In this document: positions 63,305 to 64,000 of the stretch, piece after piece
Layout: every line of letters starts with the position of its first letter
How positions within the stretch are numbered: position 1 is the first letter of the stretch
Assembly (NCBI RefSeq): GCF_004010195.1
Contig: NC_057718.1
Coordinates: 90,568,376 to 90,632,375, forward strand
DNA length: 64,000 nucleotides
Direction of reading: 5' to 3'
Origin: Chiloscyllium plagiosum
Lineage: Eukaryota
Position numbers and translations under genes: made by a program
Notes under the pieces: model-generated
Told to the model about the DNA's origin: nothing
The model's database searches: none
What the model saw: the letters and a program-made list of their open reading frames with translations, nothing else

Positions 63305-63525
63305 CAGAGCTGAAAATGTGTTGCTTGAAAAGCGCAGCAGGTCAGGCAGCATCCAAGGAGCAGGAGAATCGACGTTTCGGGCATGAGCCCTTCTTCAGGA
63401 ATGCTGAAGAAGCTCATGCCCGAAACGTCGATTCTCCTGCTCCTTGGATGCTGCCTGACCTGCTGCACGTTTCCAGCAACACATTTTCAGCTCTGATCTC
63501 CAGCATCTGCAGCCCTCACTTTCTC
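63305..63525. mobile_element. Young PLE-derived inverted pair (family A) with back-to-back hammerheads
   Basis: Near-perfect palindrome; intact minus-strand core at 63367-63400; 13-bp TSD cttcaacagaaaa at 63292-63304 and 63526-63538. Confidence 0.92.
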
Positions 63526-64000
63526 CTTCAACAGAAAATAGTCTGGCATAAAAGCTAGTCTAATGGCAACCACCTAACAATGTTATAAAAGCCCATCTGG
63601 TTCCCTAATGACCCCTGAGGGAAGGAAAGCTGCTGCCCTTACCTGGTGTAGCCCACAAAACAGCATGGTTGACTCTTAATTGCCCCCTGAAATGGCCCTA
63701 GCCACTCATGTGGCAATTAGGGAAAAGCAATAAAGACTGACCCAGCTCACATCCCATGACCAAGTTAAAAATTACGCTGATAAGCCAAACAGCCTTTATT
63801 CCTGCTCTTAAATATCCTTCCTCCCTTCCATCGAGGACACCATACCATACGAGAATAAGAGACAAAAAAACCTGCAGATGCTGGAATCCAAAATAGACTG
63901 CAGGTGAAGAACACAGCAAGCCAGGCAGCATCGAGAGGTGGAGAAGTCAATGTTTCAGGTATAACCCTTCAGCTCCTGATTTAGATTAGATTAGATTCCC

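Noticed and set aside
63305..63525. Long hairpins resembling pre-miRNAs or DNA-transposon MITEs
   Set aside because: The arms are PLE terminal repeats with hammerhead cores and variable-length TSDs, which points to retroelement origin.
1..64000. CRISPR array or prokaryotic operon or defence system
   Set aside because: No regularly spaced repeats and no gene-dense organisation; the sequence is vertebrate repeat-rich DNA.

Overview
Repeat-rich vertebrate DNA, almost certainly from an elasmobranch (shark). This is inferred from about 19 HE1-type tRNA-derived SINEs and their partner CR1/HER1-type LINEs. I can support no protein-coding exon; the ORF track is explained by microsatellites and retroelement remnants (CR1, L2, RTE, Rex1/Babar, Penelope-like). 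The most striking signal is a dense set of short Penelope-like (PLE) terminal-repeat insertions from at least four families. Each family carries a minimal type I hammerhead ribozyme core (CTGAnGA-n-stem II-GAAA plus a palindromic ACGT/AGCT stem III). Many copies are inverted pairs flanked by 9-14 bp target-site duplications. Also present: a ~965 bp tandem duplication, a CR1 with a twin-priming-like 5' inversion, a four-level nested insertion, a tRNA-Ser-derived pseudogene reading CAG at the anticodon, and several repeat-free islands with regulatory-type motifs. Repeat boundaries were read by eye and are approximate unless defined by a TSD.
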